Made by a program: the position numbers and the translations under genes
DNA from: Rebecca billardiae RCC1528
Lineage: Eukaryota; Protista; Haptophyta
Length of the DNA: 64,000 bases
NCBI GenBank assembly: GCA_965240325.2
Contig: OZ251232.1
Location: 1,364,001 to 1,428,000 of the forward strand
Direction of reading: 5' to 3'
Shown here: positions 1-11,698 of the stretch, one piece after another
Numbering within the stretch: the stretch's first letter is position 1
How the letters are laid out: each line of letters opens with the position of its first letter
The notes under the pieces: model-generated
Database searches by the model: none
Told to the model about the DNA's origin: nothing
What the model saw: the letters and a program-made list of their open reading frames with translations, nothing else

Positions 1-3000
1 GAGCAGACGGTGATCCAGTACAAGGTGGGCCACCACCCGCACCTCAAGTCGCCCTCGCCGCCGCCGCCCGCGCCCTCGCCGCCGCCGCCCTCGCCCTCGC
101 CGCCGCCGCCGCCGGGCGGCAAGCAGTACGAGGGACCCGAGCTGTGCATCGGCAGCTACAAGCCGGACGAGCCGCCGCGCTTCGACGCGGCGCAGGTCGG
201 CGTGGGGTTCAACTTCACGTGCGCGCTCACGACCAAGGAGGCGCGCGTCAAGTGCTTCGGCGCCAACCCCTTCGGCCAGCTCGGCGGCGGCCACGCCGAC
301 GAGTGGGCGGCGATCGGCGACCACTTTGTCGACCTCGGGACGGTGCACGTGGGCGAGCACTTCCACATGGGCGACGCGGCGCACCCGAACCACATCGCGC
401 CGGGCTTCCACATCCCGCTCAAGGTGCAGATGGTCACGGCGGGCCACTCGCACGCGTGCGCCCTCACCTGCGGCGGCCTCGTCAAGTGCTGGTGCGCGCC
501 TCGCGCGCGCGCGCGCGCCGCGCGCCGCGCGCGCAGCTTGGCCGCGCCGCGCCGCGCCGCGCCGCGCCGCGCCGCGCGCGCGCCGCGCGCTCACCCGCCC
601 GCCCGCCCGCCGTGCCCTCGCCGACCGCGCGGCGCGGCCACCGCGCGTGCGCAGGGGCTCGAACGCGCTCGGCCAGCTCGGGTACGGCGACACGATCAAC
701 CGCGGCTTCTTCCCCTCGGACATGGGCAACAACCTGCCGTACATCCAGCTGGGCCACGAGAAGGGGCGCCACCCGCCAATGGGCGAGCACCACCGGCACG
801 CGGCGATCAAGCAGATCGTGGCGGGCGGCGGCTCGTGCTCGCCGCACGAGTTCCCGATCGAGCCGCAGGGCCGCACGTGCGCCGTCGACACGGCCAACGA
901 GCTGCGCTGCTGGGGCGACAACACGTGCGGCTACCTGCCGCACTCGAAGGACTCGGGCCACTGCATGCAGCACGGCCGCGCGCACGACGCGATCGCCGCG
1001 GGCGGGCACCACCCGTGCGCGGCGATCGGCGACGAGAGCTTCGAGATGGGCAACCACCTGCCGGTAATCAGCCTGCACCACGACACCAAGTTCACCTACG
1101 CCGTCTCCGTCGGCGTCACCTTTGCGTGCGCCATCTCGGCGCCCGACGAGTCTCCGGACGCGCAGTGGTCGCCGCAGGAGAACGCCGAGAAGGGCGGCGG
1201 CAAGCTCAAGTGCTGGGGCGACAACTCGTTCGGCCAGCTGGGGCAGGGGAACCACGAGTCGGTGAAGTACCGCCTCGACGCGCCGCCGGGCGACCCCGAC
1301 TTCGTGCCGTGGGTCGACCTCCCCGGCCCCGCGCTGCAGGTCTCTGCCGGGTTTGCGCACGCGTGCGCCGCGGTGCAGCCGCGCGGCTCGGGCGAGGTCA
1401 AGCTCTACTGCTGGGGCGAGAACGGCGCGGGGCAGCTGTACCTCGCGCCCGACCCGACGTCCGACCTCACGTTCGTCGGCGACGACCCCGACGAGATGGG
1501 CGCGGGCATGAAGGCCGTGCCCGTCGCCGTGCGCACGCTGCGCGAGCCGGAGGACTCGGCGATGGGCCGCGAGGCGTCGTACGACGCGCCGTTCATCATC
1601 GCGGGCAAGAAGAACCCGTCCTACTGCCCGGACCTGGGCTCGGCGACGTGCGTGATGGGGCCGGACGACGTGGTCGACGCGAAGTGCGTGGGCGCGCACC
1701 ACGCGATGGACACGCTGCAGATCCCCTCCGTGATGGGCAGCGCCGTCCACCTGCGCAAGATCAGCGGCGAGGGCGGTGAGACCAAGTGCGTCTCTGCCGA
1801 GCGCGGCACCGCCAACCGGCGCGCGGTCGTCTCGCGCGCGTGCGACGTGGACGACCTGCGGCAGAAGTGGACGTTCGACTACGACGAGGGCGTGTACGTC
1901 TCGCTCTTCCACACCGACGAGCGCCTCTGCCTCTCCACGCAGCGCGACGGCGGCACCGGCGCCGACGAGCTCGTGCTCGAGCCGTGCGAGGCGGCGGCGC
2001 GCGTCGACTTCGACATCGGCAAGCAGGTGCCCTACTGCCAGAAGCCGCACGACCAGCACGACTTTGCCAACCCGACGAACGTCGCGACGCTCGACCCGGA
2101 CTCGGCCAAGTGCTTCGAGGTGGTCAAGGGCGAGTTCACCTGCGAGTCCCGCCTGTGCGACCAGCCGCCCTTCCTCGGCTGCGAGCCGCTGGACAACCCG
2201 TGGCCGCCGCCGAGCCCGTCGCCGCTCTCGCCGCCGCCCGCGCCGCCCGCCGAGCACCAGTGCGAGACGCTCAAGCCGGCGCCGCACTGCAACGAGCGCT
2301 TCTTCCGCGCGCTGCTGCGCAAGAAGAAGAAGATGTCGCTCCCGCCCGAGTGCAACTGCAACGGCGACGCGCTCGAGGAGTGCAACTGGGAGCAGTTCAA
2401 CTCGCGGCACTGCCAGATGGCGCTGCAGCAGGACACGTTCCTGCGCTGGGAGTGCCTCGCGCACGCGCTCACGCCGGTCGCGCGCTTCATGAACAAGGAC
2501 TGCCTGCACAACTGGCACCCGTTCGAGCAGGCGCGGCCGACCGACGCGCAGCTCGACAAGTGCATGGCGATGGGCTACGACCTCGAGCTCATGCACTCGG
2601 AGCCGTGCGCGGAGGACGACCGCGACTGCTGCCTCGAGTTCGTCGAGTGCACGCTCGACTCGTCGCAGACGGGCGGCAACCACCCGCTCAAGGTGACCAA
2701 GTGCAGCAACGGGCAGGAGCGGCAGTGCTGGTACCGCTCGTCGCTCGTCTCCTCCGCGCTGCACGACGCCGGGCTGCACGGCGAGTACTACTCCGCGTTC
2801 TACGAGCAGTACAAGATCGAGCACGGCTGGAACCCGATCCGGCAGTGCCTCGTCCACCCGGCGCAGTCGCGCGCCAACGTGGCGCACGAGGCGGTGAACG
2901 AGATCCCGGAGGCGCTGTACCAGACGTGGGAGTGCTCGGCGGACATCTCGCAGGTCTGGCTCTTCCGCGGCGTGCTCCCCGCCTCGGTCACCTACTACTC

Positions 3001-6000
3001 GGAGGTCGCGCAGCGCTGCGCCGAGGACCACGCGCACTGCCCGTCCGACTACGACGTGCACGACGCCGGCCGCCACTTCTGCGAGGCGTTCACCGACTTC
3101 GAGCACCAGCACACGGTGCTGGCGGAGCGCCGGATGCACGAGTGCCCCGAGGTGATGCGCACGTGCGACGCGATGATCCGCGGCTTCGACGCCGGCGGCT
3201 ACTACCAGCGCAACCCGGGCGTGACGCAGTGCCCCGACCGCGACGACTTCAACCGCACGCTCATGCCCGACACCGTCTCGATCTTCGGCACGCACTGCCA
3301 CCACGTGCCGCGCGACTGGGAGCACCGGCTGGACGAGCAGTACTCGTGGATCATGCAGTGCAACCAGGAGCACTCCAACTACTGCGTGCTGCCGCACAAG
3401 GTCTTCTACCACGGCGGCGAGGCGCCGCCGCCGCCGATGAAGGACGTGCTCGCGCCGCCGCCGCACCCGCACCACCTCGTGTGGGCGGCGCCGCCGCCCG
3501 CGCTGCCGCCGAGCCCGCCGCCGCCGCCGCCGCCGCCGGACGACCAGTGCGCGCACCTCGGCCCGGCGCCGCACTGCAACGAGCGCAACTTCCGCCACCA
3601 GCTCAAGGAGCGGATGAACATGACGATGCCCGCCGAGTGCTCCAACGCGCGCGACCCGATGAAGCCGACCGGCGACCAGCGGTGGAACTCGGAGGAGTGC
3701 AAGCTCGCGCTGAACGCGAGCGCGTTCCTGCGCTGGGAGTGCCTCGCGCACGCGCTCACGCCGGTGATGCGCTTCATGAACAAGGACTGCCTGCACAACT
3801 GGCACCCCGTGCTCATGGCCGACTCCACCCTCGACTACGACAACGCCGCGCAGATCTGCGGCGCGCAGGGCTACCCCGAGGACCTGATGCACACCGAGTG
3901 GTGCGTCGAGGACGAGCACGACTGCTGCCTCGAGTACGTCGACTGCCACTTCGGCGCGCTCGCGATGGGCGCGAACCACCCGCTCAAGTCGACCAAGTGC
4001 GACCCGAAGCAGGACCGGCAGTGCTGGTACCGCACGTCGATGGAGCGGCACGCGAACGGCCTCACCGCCGAGAACTTCTACTCGGCGTACTACGAGTCGG
4101 TGAAGCACGAGCGCGGCTGGAACCCGGTGCGGCAGTGCCTCACCTCGCCGTTCGACTTCGAGGGCGACGCGTCGAGCCGGCAGGTGGTGGACACGCCCGA
4201 GGCGTCGTACGGCACGTGGGAGTGCTCGGGCGAGATCGAGCAGCAGTGGTCGCCCAACAACATCCTGCCGCACTACATCCAGTTCTGGCGCGACTCGGTC
4301 GAGCGCTGCTCGACCGACCCGACGCAGTGCTCGAGCGCGTTCACCGTGCAGGAGGCGGGGCGCGAGTACTGCACCAAGTTCACCGAGTTCATCGAGACGC
4401 AGACGGCGGACGCGCTCGCGCGCCTCGAGAAGTGCCCGGGCCACGCGCACACGTGCGAGGACCGCAAGTCCAACTCGTTCGCCACGTCCGACCTCACGGT
4501 CGACTGCCCGGACCCGGACGACTTCAACCGCACGCTGCTGCCCAACATGGACGAGATCTTCGGCGACGACTGCGAGCGCGTGCCCAACAACTGGGAGTAC
4601 ATGATGCAGAACCAGTACGAGTGGAAGATGATCTGCAACGAGAACCACTCGCCCGTGTGCATCATGCCGCACCGCCAGCAGTTCCGTCACCCGGGCCCGC
4701 CGCCGGGCACGCCGCTGCCGCCGCCGCGCCCGCCGCCGAGCGCGCCGCCCAAGCCGCCGCCGAGCCCGCCGCCGCCGAGCCCGTCGCCCTTCCCGCCGCC
4801 GTTCACGCCGCCGGCGCCCGCGCCCAACCCGCCGCCCAAGCCGCCGCCCAGCCCGCCGCCGAGCCCGCCGCCGCCGATGGTCCCCAAGTACAAGCGCGTG
4901 TGCAAGCCCGAGGCGCCCGCCGAGACGTGCGAGCACACGATCTGCACGCTCGAGGCGCCGTGCCGGCTGCGCGCGCACGACCCGTCGACCAAGTCGCCCT
5001 CGCCGCACACCGCGTGCGTCGACACGCGCGACTGGCGCAACGAGGCGGCGCGGCGCGGCACGGTGCCTGAGGACGCGCTGAGCTGCGAGGTGCGCGCGCT
5101 CGCGCGCGCCGACCGCGCGCCGCCCCGCGCGCCGCTCAACCGCCGGCCGGCGCACCGCCGCTCAACCAACCGCCGCCCTCCGCGCGCCGCGCCCGGGCCC
5201 CATCCGCCCGCGTCGCAACCCGCCCCCCTCGCTCCCCAGGACTACACGAGCAATGGCTACTGCTACCAGGGGGAGCTGCACCGGCCCGAGATGGGCGGCG
5301 CGCGCTACCAGTGGCCGGAGCACAACTGCTGCGACTGCGGCAAGGCGGAGCACCTCGGCATGCCCTCGACGATGGGCCTGCGCTGCGTCGTGTACCACAT
5401 CACCGAGAGCGGCCAGCACCGGCTGTCCGCGGTGCGCGCGCGCCGCCCTGCGCGGCTGCGCGCGCAAAACGGCCGCGCACGGCCGCCGCGCCGCGCGCGC
5501 GCAGGGCGGCGCGCCGCGGCTCACCGCGCGCACCGCCGCCCCGCGTGTTCGCCCGCGCACCCGCGCGCGCGCGCAGGAGCCGTGCGACAAGGCGGGCATG
5601 GGCGACTGGGAGAACCTCGGCTCCTCGGCCGCGCAGTACTATGCCGCGTGGGCGATCATCGACGGGCTGGTCAAGCCGGTGGGCGCACGGCGCACCGCAC
5701 GCGCGAGCGACCCCGCCGCGCTGCGCCGGCCGCGCGCGCGCGGGCTCGGCGCGTGTGCTCACGCGCGTGCGCGCCGCGCCGCGCCGCGCGCCCCGCTCGC
5801 CCCCAGGTCGACCCGCACACCGGCACGCTCGTCGAGACGGACTACTGCCTGGACGCGGACATGCAGCTCGTGCAGTGCCTCAACTCGAGGCACGAGCCGG
5901 ACGTCGAGCCTTTCTACCCGATCCACCCGTATCACTCGCACAACTTTCTGTGCTTCGAGGGGACGGACCACCACGCGGCGGACGCGCTGTGCGTGGCGCC

Positions 6001-6358
6001 GGTCGACCTGTCCGCGACCAAGCCCGAGGCGCAGGCGCACGGCCGCATGGCCGACGCCAAGGACGTCCACCTCGAGTCGGAGAAGCTGCGGCGCGCGCAG
6101 GCGAACGCCACCGCCAGCGCGATCGCGACCGCGCGCGCGCGCCTCGCGCACCACTTGGCCGCTGAGGAGGCGGCCGCGGGCGGCCGCGCGCGCGCGCGCG
6201 CGGCGCGCGCGCGCTGGGCGGCCGCGCTCGGCGCCGGCGCCGTGCTCACGGCTGCGGTCGCGGCGTACGCCGTCCGCCGACGTGGCGCCACCACGGCCGC
6301 CGCCGCCGCCGCCGCGGACGCCGCCGCCAGCTCCAAGGACGGCGCGACCATGCTCTGA
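1..6358 (+). CDS. 5'-truncated giant surface protein: RCC1-like repeats, ricin-B-lectin-like segment, Pro-rich (SPPPP) linkers, two ~380-400 aa Cys-rich modules, C-terminal TM anchor
   Basis: RCC1-type repeats (KCFGANPFGQLG, KCWGSNALGQLG, KCWGDNSFGQLG, YCWGENGAGQL). GT-AG introns restoring frame: 492-654, 5090-5239, 5432-5576, 5679-5806. Hydrophobic stretch WAAALGAGAVLTAAVAAYAV followed by RRR before TGA at 6356-6358. The start lies upstream of the window. Confidence 0.85.
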
Positions 6359-7032
6359 GCCAGCCAGCCCCTGTCTGACGCGCCGCCGCGTGGCGCGCCG
6401 CGCGAGTGGCGTGGGCGTCGCCTCGCCCAGCTGCGCCGCGGCACGCTGCGTGGCACGCCTCTCCGCTGCTGCGGTCCGGGCGTCGCCCAGCGGGTCAACA
6501 CGCGCGTCCCGGCCACGTCTACTGCTCGGTTTCACGGTCGGCGCTGCTCGGCGCGACCGCTTCGGCGGCAGCTAGTCACAACGCGGCAGGAGTGGCCGCG
6601 GGGACCGCCCCAGCGGGCCGCAGACTGCAGTGTGCAGAGGCCGTGGCACGGTTCTGCGCCCTCCGAGGCGCCGCGATCGACCTGGCTGGGTGTCGCCCTA
6701 CCCGCATCGTCATGAACTGCATGTTCGAGCTACTACCAGTCACTGTAGCAATCATCACGCTACGGTACTGCCACAAGGAACGTTCTATCATCTATGCTAA
6801 TTTCGAGCGCCTTCAACAACAATCATAGGTTTCAGGCTGACGGTTGTACCAAGGTGGGTAGGTTGTACCCAGCGCCAACCAAGATGAATAGAGAGCCTTG
6901 CATCAACGCGGGCAAGATCCCGTTCCATGCCTCCCCATCCATCAAGGAGCCAGCTACAACAGGGGGTGCGGCGGTGCGTGTGCGGCGCCAAGGGAGCAAC
7001 CCCAGGGTGGGCGGCGCCGCCTCGCGTGCGCG

Positions 7033-8416
7033 ATGGGCTGCGGCGGCTCGGTCGCGAGGCCGCCTGCGGACATTCGGCTGGCGCCAGGCGCGAACGCGCA
7101 GACGAGCACGACGGCGACGCCCGAAAGCGCGCACCGGCCGCCCATCAGCGAGCCGGTGTACGTCCTTGCACAGCCGCCCGCGCAGGCGCCGCCGCCCGCA
7201 TCATCGCTCAGGCAGCCGGCTCCGGCGGCGCCGCCGCACGCGCGCCCGCCTGCCATCGAGCCGGAGAAACAGCCGGCACACACCGGCCCCGAGCAACCGG
7301 CCGCCGTCCCGCGTGCGCCGGCGACTCGCCATGTGGGTGGCGCGCCGGAGCGCGCGCTCGCCCCGTCAGCGCCGACGGCCGGGCGGCATGCCAGCGCCCC
7401 GGAGAGGGTGGACGCGCCGACCGCGCCATCGGGCTACAGGGTTGCGGGGGCGCCCGAGCGCGCCACCGCGCCCTCCGTGCCCACCGCCGTGGCCGAGCCC
7501 ACGGACCCGCCCCCTGCGGAGGGCGAGGCGCCGCTCACAGACCTCAGCTCACTGCCGCCATTCCTCGGCGGCGGGCCGGCGCGCATGGACGCGGCAGCCG
7601 TTCAGCAGATGAGCGCCGCGATCGACGGCGAGTTCGAGGCCATCATGGCCGCGGCCGAGGAGCGCGAGGCCCAGCTCGTCAAGGCGCGCGCCGCGTTCGC
7701 CAAGCACGACGCGGACGGCTCGGGAGCGCTCTCGCCAGCCGAGCTGCCGGCGCTGCTGCGCGCCCTTGGCGTCGAGCTGAGCGCGGAGCAGTACGCGCAG
7801 TACAGCGCCAAGATGATGCGGGTGCGCGCCGCGCGCGCCCGACGACGCGCGCGCGCCCCCGGCTGCGACGTGCTCGCGCCGCGCACGTGCCCTCGCCTCA
7901 TCCGCGCGCGCGCCGCCCGCCCCACACGACTCGGCTCTGCTCTGCGCGCCGCGCGCCCGCGCGCCCACGCAGGACCTCGACCGCGACCGATCGGGCGCGC
8001 TCGAGCAGCGCGAGTTCTGCGACTTCTACCTCAAGTGCCTCGCGAGCGAGCGCGCGCGGCGCAAGTACGCGGCGCGCGTGCTCTCCTCGATCAGCAAGGC
8101 CGAGCTGCGCGCGCGCGCGCGGCAGGCGTTTGCGCAGCATGACACGGACAAGTCCGGTGCGATCGACCGCGCCGAGCTGTCGGCCATGCTGCGAGGGCTG
8201 CTGGAGGAGCTGGCGCAGGAGCTCGGCGCGGAGCGCTGGGAGGCCTTCGTGGCGGACGTGATCCGCCGCGGCGACACGGATCAGAGCGCGCGCTTCGAGT
8301 TCAAGGAGTTCGCCGCGTACTACGAGAAGTGCCTGTCGTCGGAGGTCGTGATGCACCGGTACGAGCAGAAGGTGCTCCTGCGGCTCGAGGGGGGCGAGCT
8401 CGTGATCGACGGCTGA
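7033..8416 (+). CDS. EF-hand Ca2+-binding protein with N-terminal MGCGGS acylation motif
   Basis: ATG 7033 gives MGCGGS, then a Pro/Ala-rich linker. EF loops DADGSGALSPAE, DRDRSGALEQRE (after intron 7822-7972), DTDKSGAIDRAE and DTDQSARFEFKE. Confidence 0.85.
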
Positions 8417-8681
8417 ATGGGCGCCACAGCCGCAGCCGGCGAGATCAGACGTCAAGCTCCGCGCGAGCCGCCGGGACTGCGCGACGCTGGGCCCAACGAG
8501 CAGCACCCAGGCCGGCCTGGCCGCCAGCGTCCGTCAAGTGAAGACGCCGACCGGAGTGGCACTGCCGCACCGCCGCAATGCCGCAGCATGGCCGGGGCCG
8601 CTGGCCGCGGTCCCGATCAGCACGTCATCCACAGCTAGCCATATGATGATATCAGCATGGAGCCTGCGCCCTGCAACCGTG

Positions 8682-8801
<120 letters not shown>

Positions 8802-8867
8802 GCGGCGTGGCTTGTTGTCAGACGACAGGCTACGGGCTCCGAGTCCGGACGCGGTGCCGCGGCTCGA

Positions 8868-9902
8868 TTACGCCGACACCGACGCCGATGATAGTGCTGC
8901 TTGCTGCTGCTTGGATGCTGATCCGAGTCGCTTGTCAAGGGAAGGAGAGCGGTCACCGAGTGGCGGCACGATGCTGAGCTGTATGCTCTCGACGCTCCTC
9001 ATCTGGGCGTCGACGTGCTCTTGCAGCTTGTCGTGGACGACGCGCTCGATGAGCGCAGCGCTGAGGCCGCTGAGAACGACCGGTGTCTCGCGCGCGCTGC
9101 GATCGCCCCCGTCGTCCCTGCGGAGCAGCTGCATTCGGATGAACGACGCAAGGTTGGCGGCCGAGAGCTGGTGCGGCGAGCCCACGAGTGCAAGGTACTG
9201 GCCAGCATACGTCTGCACCTCGACCGCGCTCAGCTGCACGGCCTTGCCCGTCTGGAAGGCGTGCTTGATCTTGTACAGCATGTGGACGGCGTACGTGATC
9301 ACGTACACCAGCGACACGCCGTTCAGCAGCAGGAAGGCGAAGACCAGGCCCACCGCCCACCACGTGTCGCTCAGCGCGACGGCGGTCAGCGAGAAGAAGA
9401 AGGCGAGGAGGAAGATGCCCGCGCACAGCGTCTGGAAGCCGTAGCTCAGGCGCAGGCCCATCATGCGCTGGAACACCTCCGCCTCCTCGCTGCCCGCGAA
9501 CTCGCCGTTGACGACCATGATGAGCACGCACGCAAACGTGGAGACGATCGTTGAGCAGCACGAGGCGAAACTGACGGTCAGCAGCACGTCGTGCAGCACG
9601 CGCGCCATGAACTCACCCCATCGCTCCTCGATGCCATCCCAGTCGAAGCCGTCCACGTTGAAGAAGAAGTCCGCCGCCACCGTGAAGATCAGCGCCGAGA
9701 TCAGCGAGATGTTGACCATCTCCGAGCTGATCTGCGCCTTCACGTCACTCTCGTCGTCGTCGCCGAGCTTGAGCCACGAGCCGAGGAACATGGTCGCGAG
9801 CACCCACAGTCTGCTCTGCGGTGGCGTCACGACCCTACGCTCGTCGATGGGCCTGCCCTTCATGGTGGCGCGCAATCGAACTGGCTCGTGCGGCGGCGAC
9901 AT
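8868..9902 (-). CDS. Multi-pass (about 4-5 TM) membrane protein of unknown function
   Basis: Intronless ORF with hydrophobic helices ([81 protein letters not shown]). The start at 9902 (MSPPHE) is a best guess. Confidence 0.7.
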   Translation of the reverse strand: MSPPHEPVRLRATMKGRPIDERRVVTPPQSRLWVLATMFLGSWLKLGDDDESDVKAQISSEMVNISLISALIFTVAADFFFNVDGFDWDGIEERWGEFMARVLHDVLLTVSFASCCSTIVSTFACVLIMVVNGEFAGSEEAEVFQRMMGLRLSYGFQTLCAGIFLLAFFFSLTAVALSDTWWAVGLVFAFLLLNGVSLVYVITYAVHMLYKIKHAFQTGKAVQLSAVEVQTYAGQYLALVGSPHQLSAANLASFIRMQLLRRDDGGDRSARETPVVLSGLSAALIERVVHDKLQEHVDAQMRSVESIQLSIVPPLGDRSPSLDKRLGSASKQQQAALSSASVSA

Positions 9903-10062
9903 GGACGAACGGGGTGGAGTGGTCCCGACGGCGACGACGGCGGCCTGGGCGAGCGGCGCGGGCGCGGCGGCGCGCGGCCACGACGAACGCGCGAACTCGC
10001 ACCGTTCACCGGCACGATCTCCCCAGCAGGAGATCCACGGCTCAGCTGCGCTGAGCTGCAGA

Positions 10063-11316
10063 ATGATGGCGTCGCTGCGATCCGCGCTGGCTCTGGCAGC
10101 GCTGCTCGCGCCAGCGCCGGCGTGGTCCAAGCCACGTATGGACCCGCCGACGCCGCCCGCCATCATGCCACTCCATCCTCTCCAGGCTGTGCGAGCGTTC
10201 AGGCACGGCGAGGCGTACCTGAGATGCCGTGAGCAGCCGCCGTGCAACAATCGCACGGGCGTGACCGTCGTCGAGATCGGCCCGGGTGGTGGGTTCGCCT
10301 CGATGTTCCAGGTGGCCGCGGAGAGGGTGGTGAGGACGCTGCGCGAGCAGCCGCTCCCCGTCCACGTGCGCGGCGAGATCAAGTGGTACAGCCAGAACAG
10401 CTACTGCCAGGCCGCTCGGCTGCAAGGCGTGGACTGCCACTTGGAGCCGTTCCTCTCGCGCGAGTGCGCGCCGGGCTCGGCGGCCGGGCGCGGGCGGTGC
10501 GACGCGCTCGCGCCCGCCGAGGCGCTGCGGGGGCCGAGCTGGGACTCGGCGTGGTGGTATGCCATGGTGCAGGCGTACATGCTGCGGCCGAACGCGCGGC
10601 TGCTCGGCGCGATCGACCGCGTGCGCGCGTCGCTCGACCTGTGGCACCCCGCGGACGTCGCGGTGCACATCCGGCGCGGGGATAAGATCACGGACCGGCG
10701 CGCGAGGCAGCCCGCGAACATCACCGTCTCGGACTTCCTCGCCGCCGCGCTCTCGCTCGTCAAGGCGCGGCGCGCGCAGTGCCAGTGCACGCGTGCCGCG
10801 CACCGCTGCCGCCCGGCCGTGGTGTTTGTGGCGACGGACTCGCGCGAAGGGGCGGAGGCCGCGCGCGCGTGGGGCGAGCGGCACGCGTCGCTGCTCAGCG
10901 TGCGCATGCAGTCCTCGACCGTCACGCAGCAACTCAGTGGGCCGGGCATCGAGCTCGCCATGTACGCGAAGCGCGCGCACAAGCGCGCGGGCTATGACGA
11001 GCACGCGCACGCGCGCCTCGCGGACGAGCTGCTCGTGGACCTTGTGCTGCTGGCGGAGGCGCGCACGTTCGTGGGCCTCTGCATGTCGCAGGTGGCGCGC
11101 GCGGCCGTGGCGATCGGCCTCGTGCGCGGCACGATGCGCGACGCGCTCGTCATCGACGCCGACAACCTGCCCGCGCGCGACAGGTGGAAGAAGGGCACGG
11201 AGGAGGGCTGGCGCACGGTGGGCACGCCGATGCCCGCGGGAGTGTTCGACCGCGAGACGTGCTACGCGGAGGAGCGCGCGCGCAAGGCCAAGGTGAAGCA
11301 CGGGCTGGGCACGTGA
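10063..11316 (+). CDS. GT23-like (alpha-1,6-fucosyltransferase/NodZ-type) glycosyltransferase with signal peptide
   Basis: Signal peptide MMASLRSALALAALLAPAPAWS. Fucosyltransferase motifs VHIRRGDK, VFVATDS and DLVLLAEARTFVGLCMSQV. Confidence 0.8.
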   Translation: MMASLRSALALAALLAPAPAWSKPRMDPPTPPAIMPLHPLQAVRAFRHGEAYLRCREQPPCNNRTGVTVVEIGPGGGFASMFQVAAERVVRTLREQPLPVHVRGEIKWYSQNSYCQAARLQGVDCHLEPFLSRECAPGSAAGRGRCDALAPAEALRGPSWDSAWWYAMVQAYMLRPNARLLGAIDRVRASLDLWHPADVAVHIRRGDKITDRRARQPANITVSDFLAAALSLVKARRAQCQCTRAAHRCRPAVVFVATDSREGAEAARAWGERHASLLSVRMQSSTVTQQLSGPGIELAMYAKRAHKRAGYDEHAHARLADELLVDLVLLAEARTFVGLCMSQVARAAVAIGLVRGTMRDALVIDADNLPARDRWKKGTEEGWRTVGTPMPAGVFDRETCYAEERARKAKVKHGLGT

Positions 11317-11557
11317 GCGGGGGGGGTGCCGGCCCAGCAACGCGGGCACGGCGGCGCGGCTATGTCCGAAGCAAGGCCTGCACGGCCGGCCATGACCGAT
11401 GCTATTGGCCGAATGGCCGCTAGGCGGCGGCCAATGGGCTCCAATGAGGGTAGCTCTGATCAGGGGAGAGGGAGCCTGAAATCTGAAATTGAGAGGAGGG
11501 CGACACGCATGCACAGTCGCTCATGAACAGCTCAGGCAAGGCTACTAGTAGTAACAA

Positions 11558-11619
11558 AACAACCCAATAGCAACTTACCGTCCGACTCAACAACCCAATA
11601 GCAACTTACCGTCCGACTC
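11558..11619 (+). repeat. 31-bp tandem duplication containing CCAAT, upstream of the channel gene
   Basis: AACAACCCAATAGCAACTTACCGTCCGACTC occurs twice in tandem. Confidence 0.85.
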
Positions 11620-11698
11620 AGCGAACCGGCATGCAAGACTTGAGAAACGACGATCCCGTTCACAGTTCGTCAAGAGCGGCGGAGCCACCCCGAGGGCC

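Noticed and set aside
482-5155. Very long antisense and alternate-frame ORFs (e.g. 482..5155-, 1786..5070+, 40837..42678-, 42790..44505-)
   Set aside because: These are shadow ORFs caused by extreme GC3 bias. They are Arg/Ala-rich with no motifs and overlap well-supported genes.
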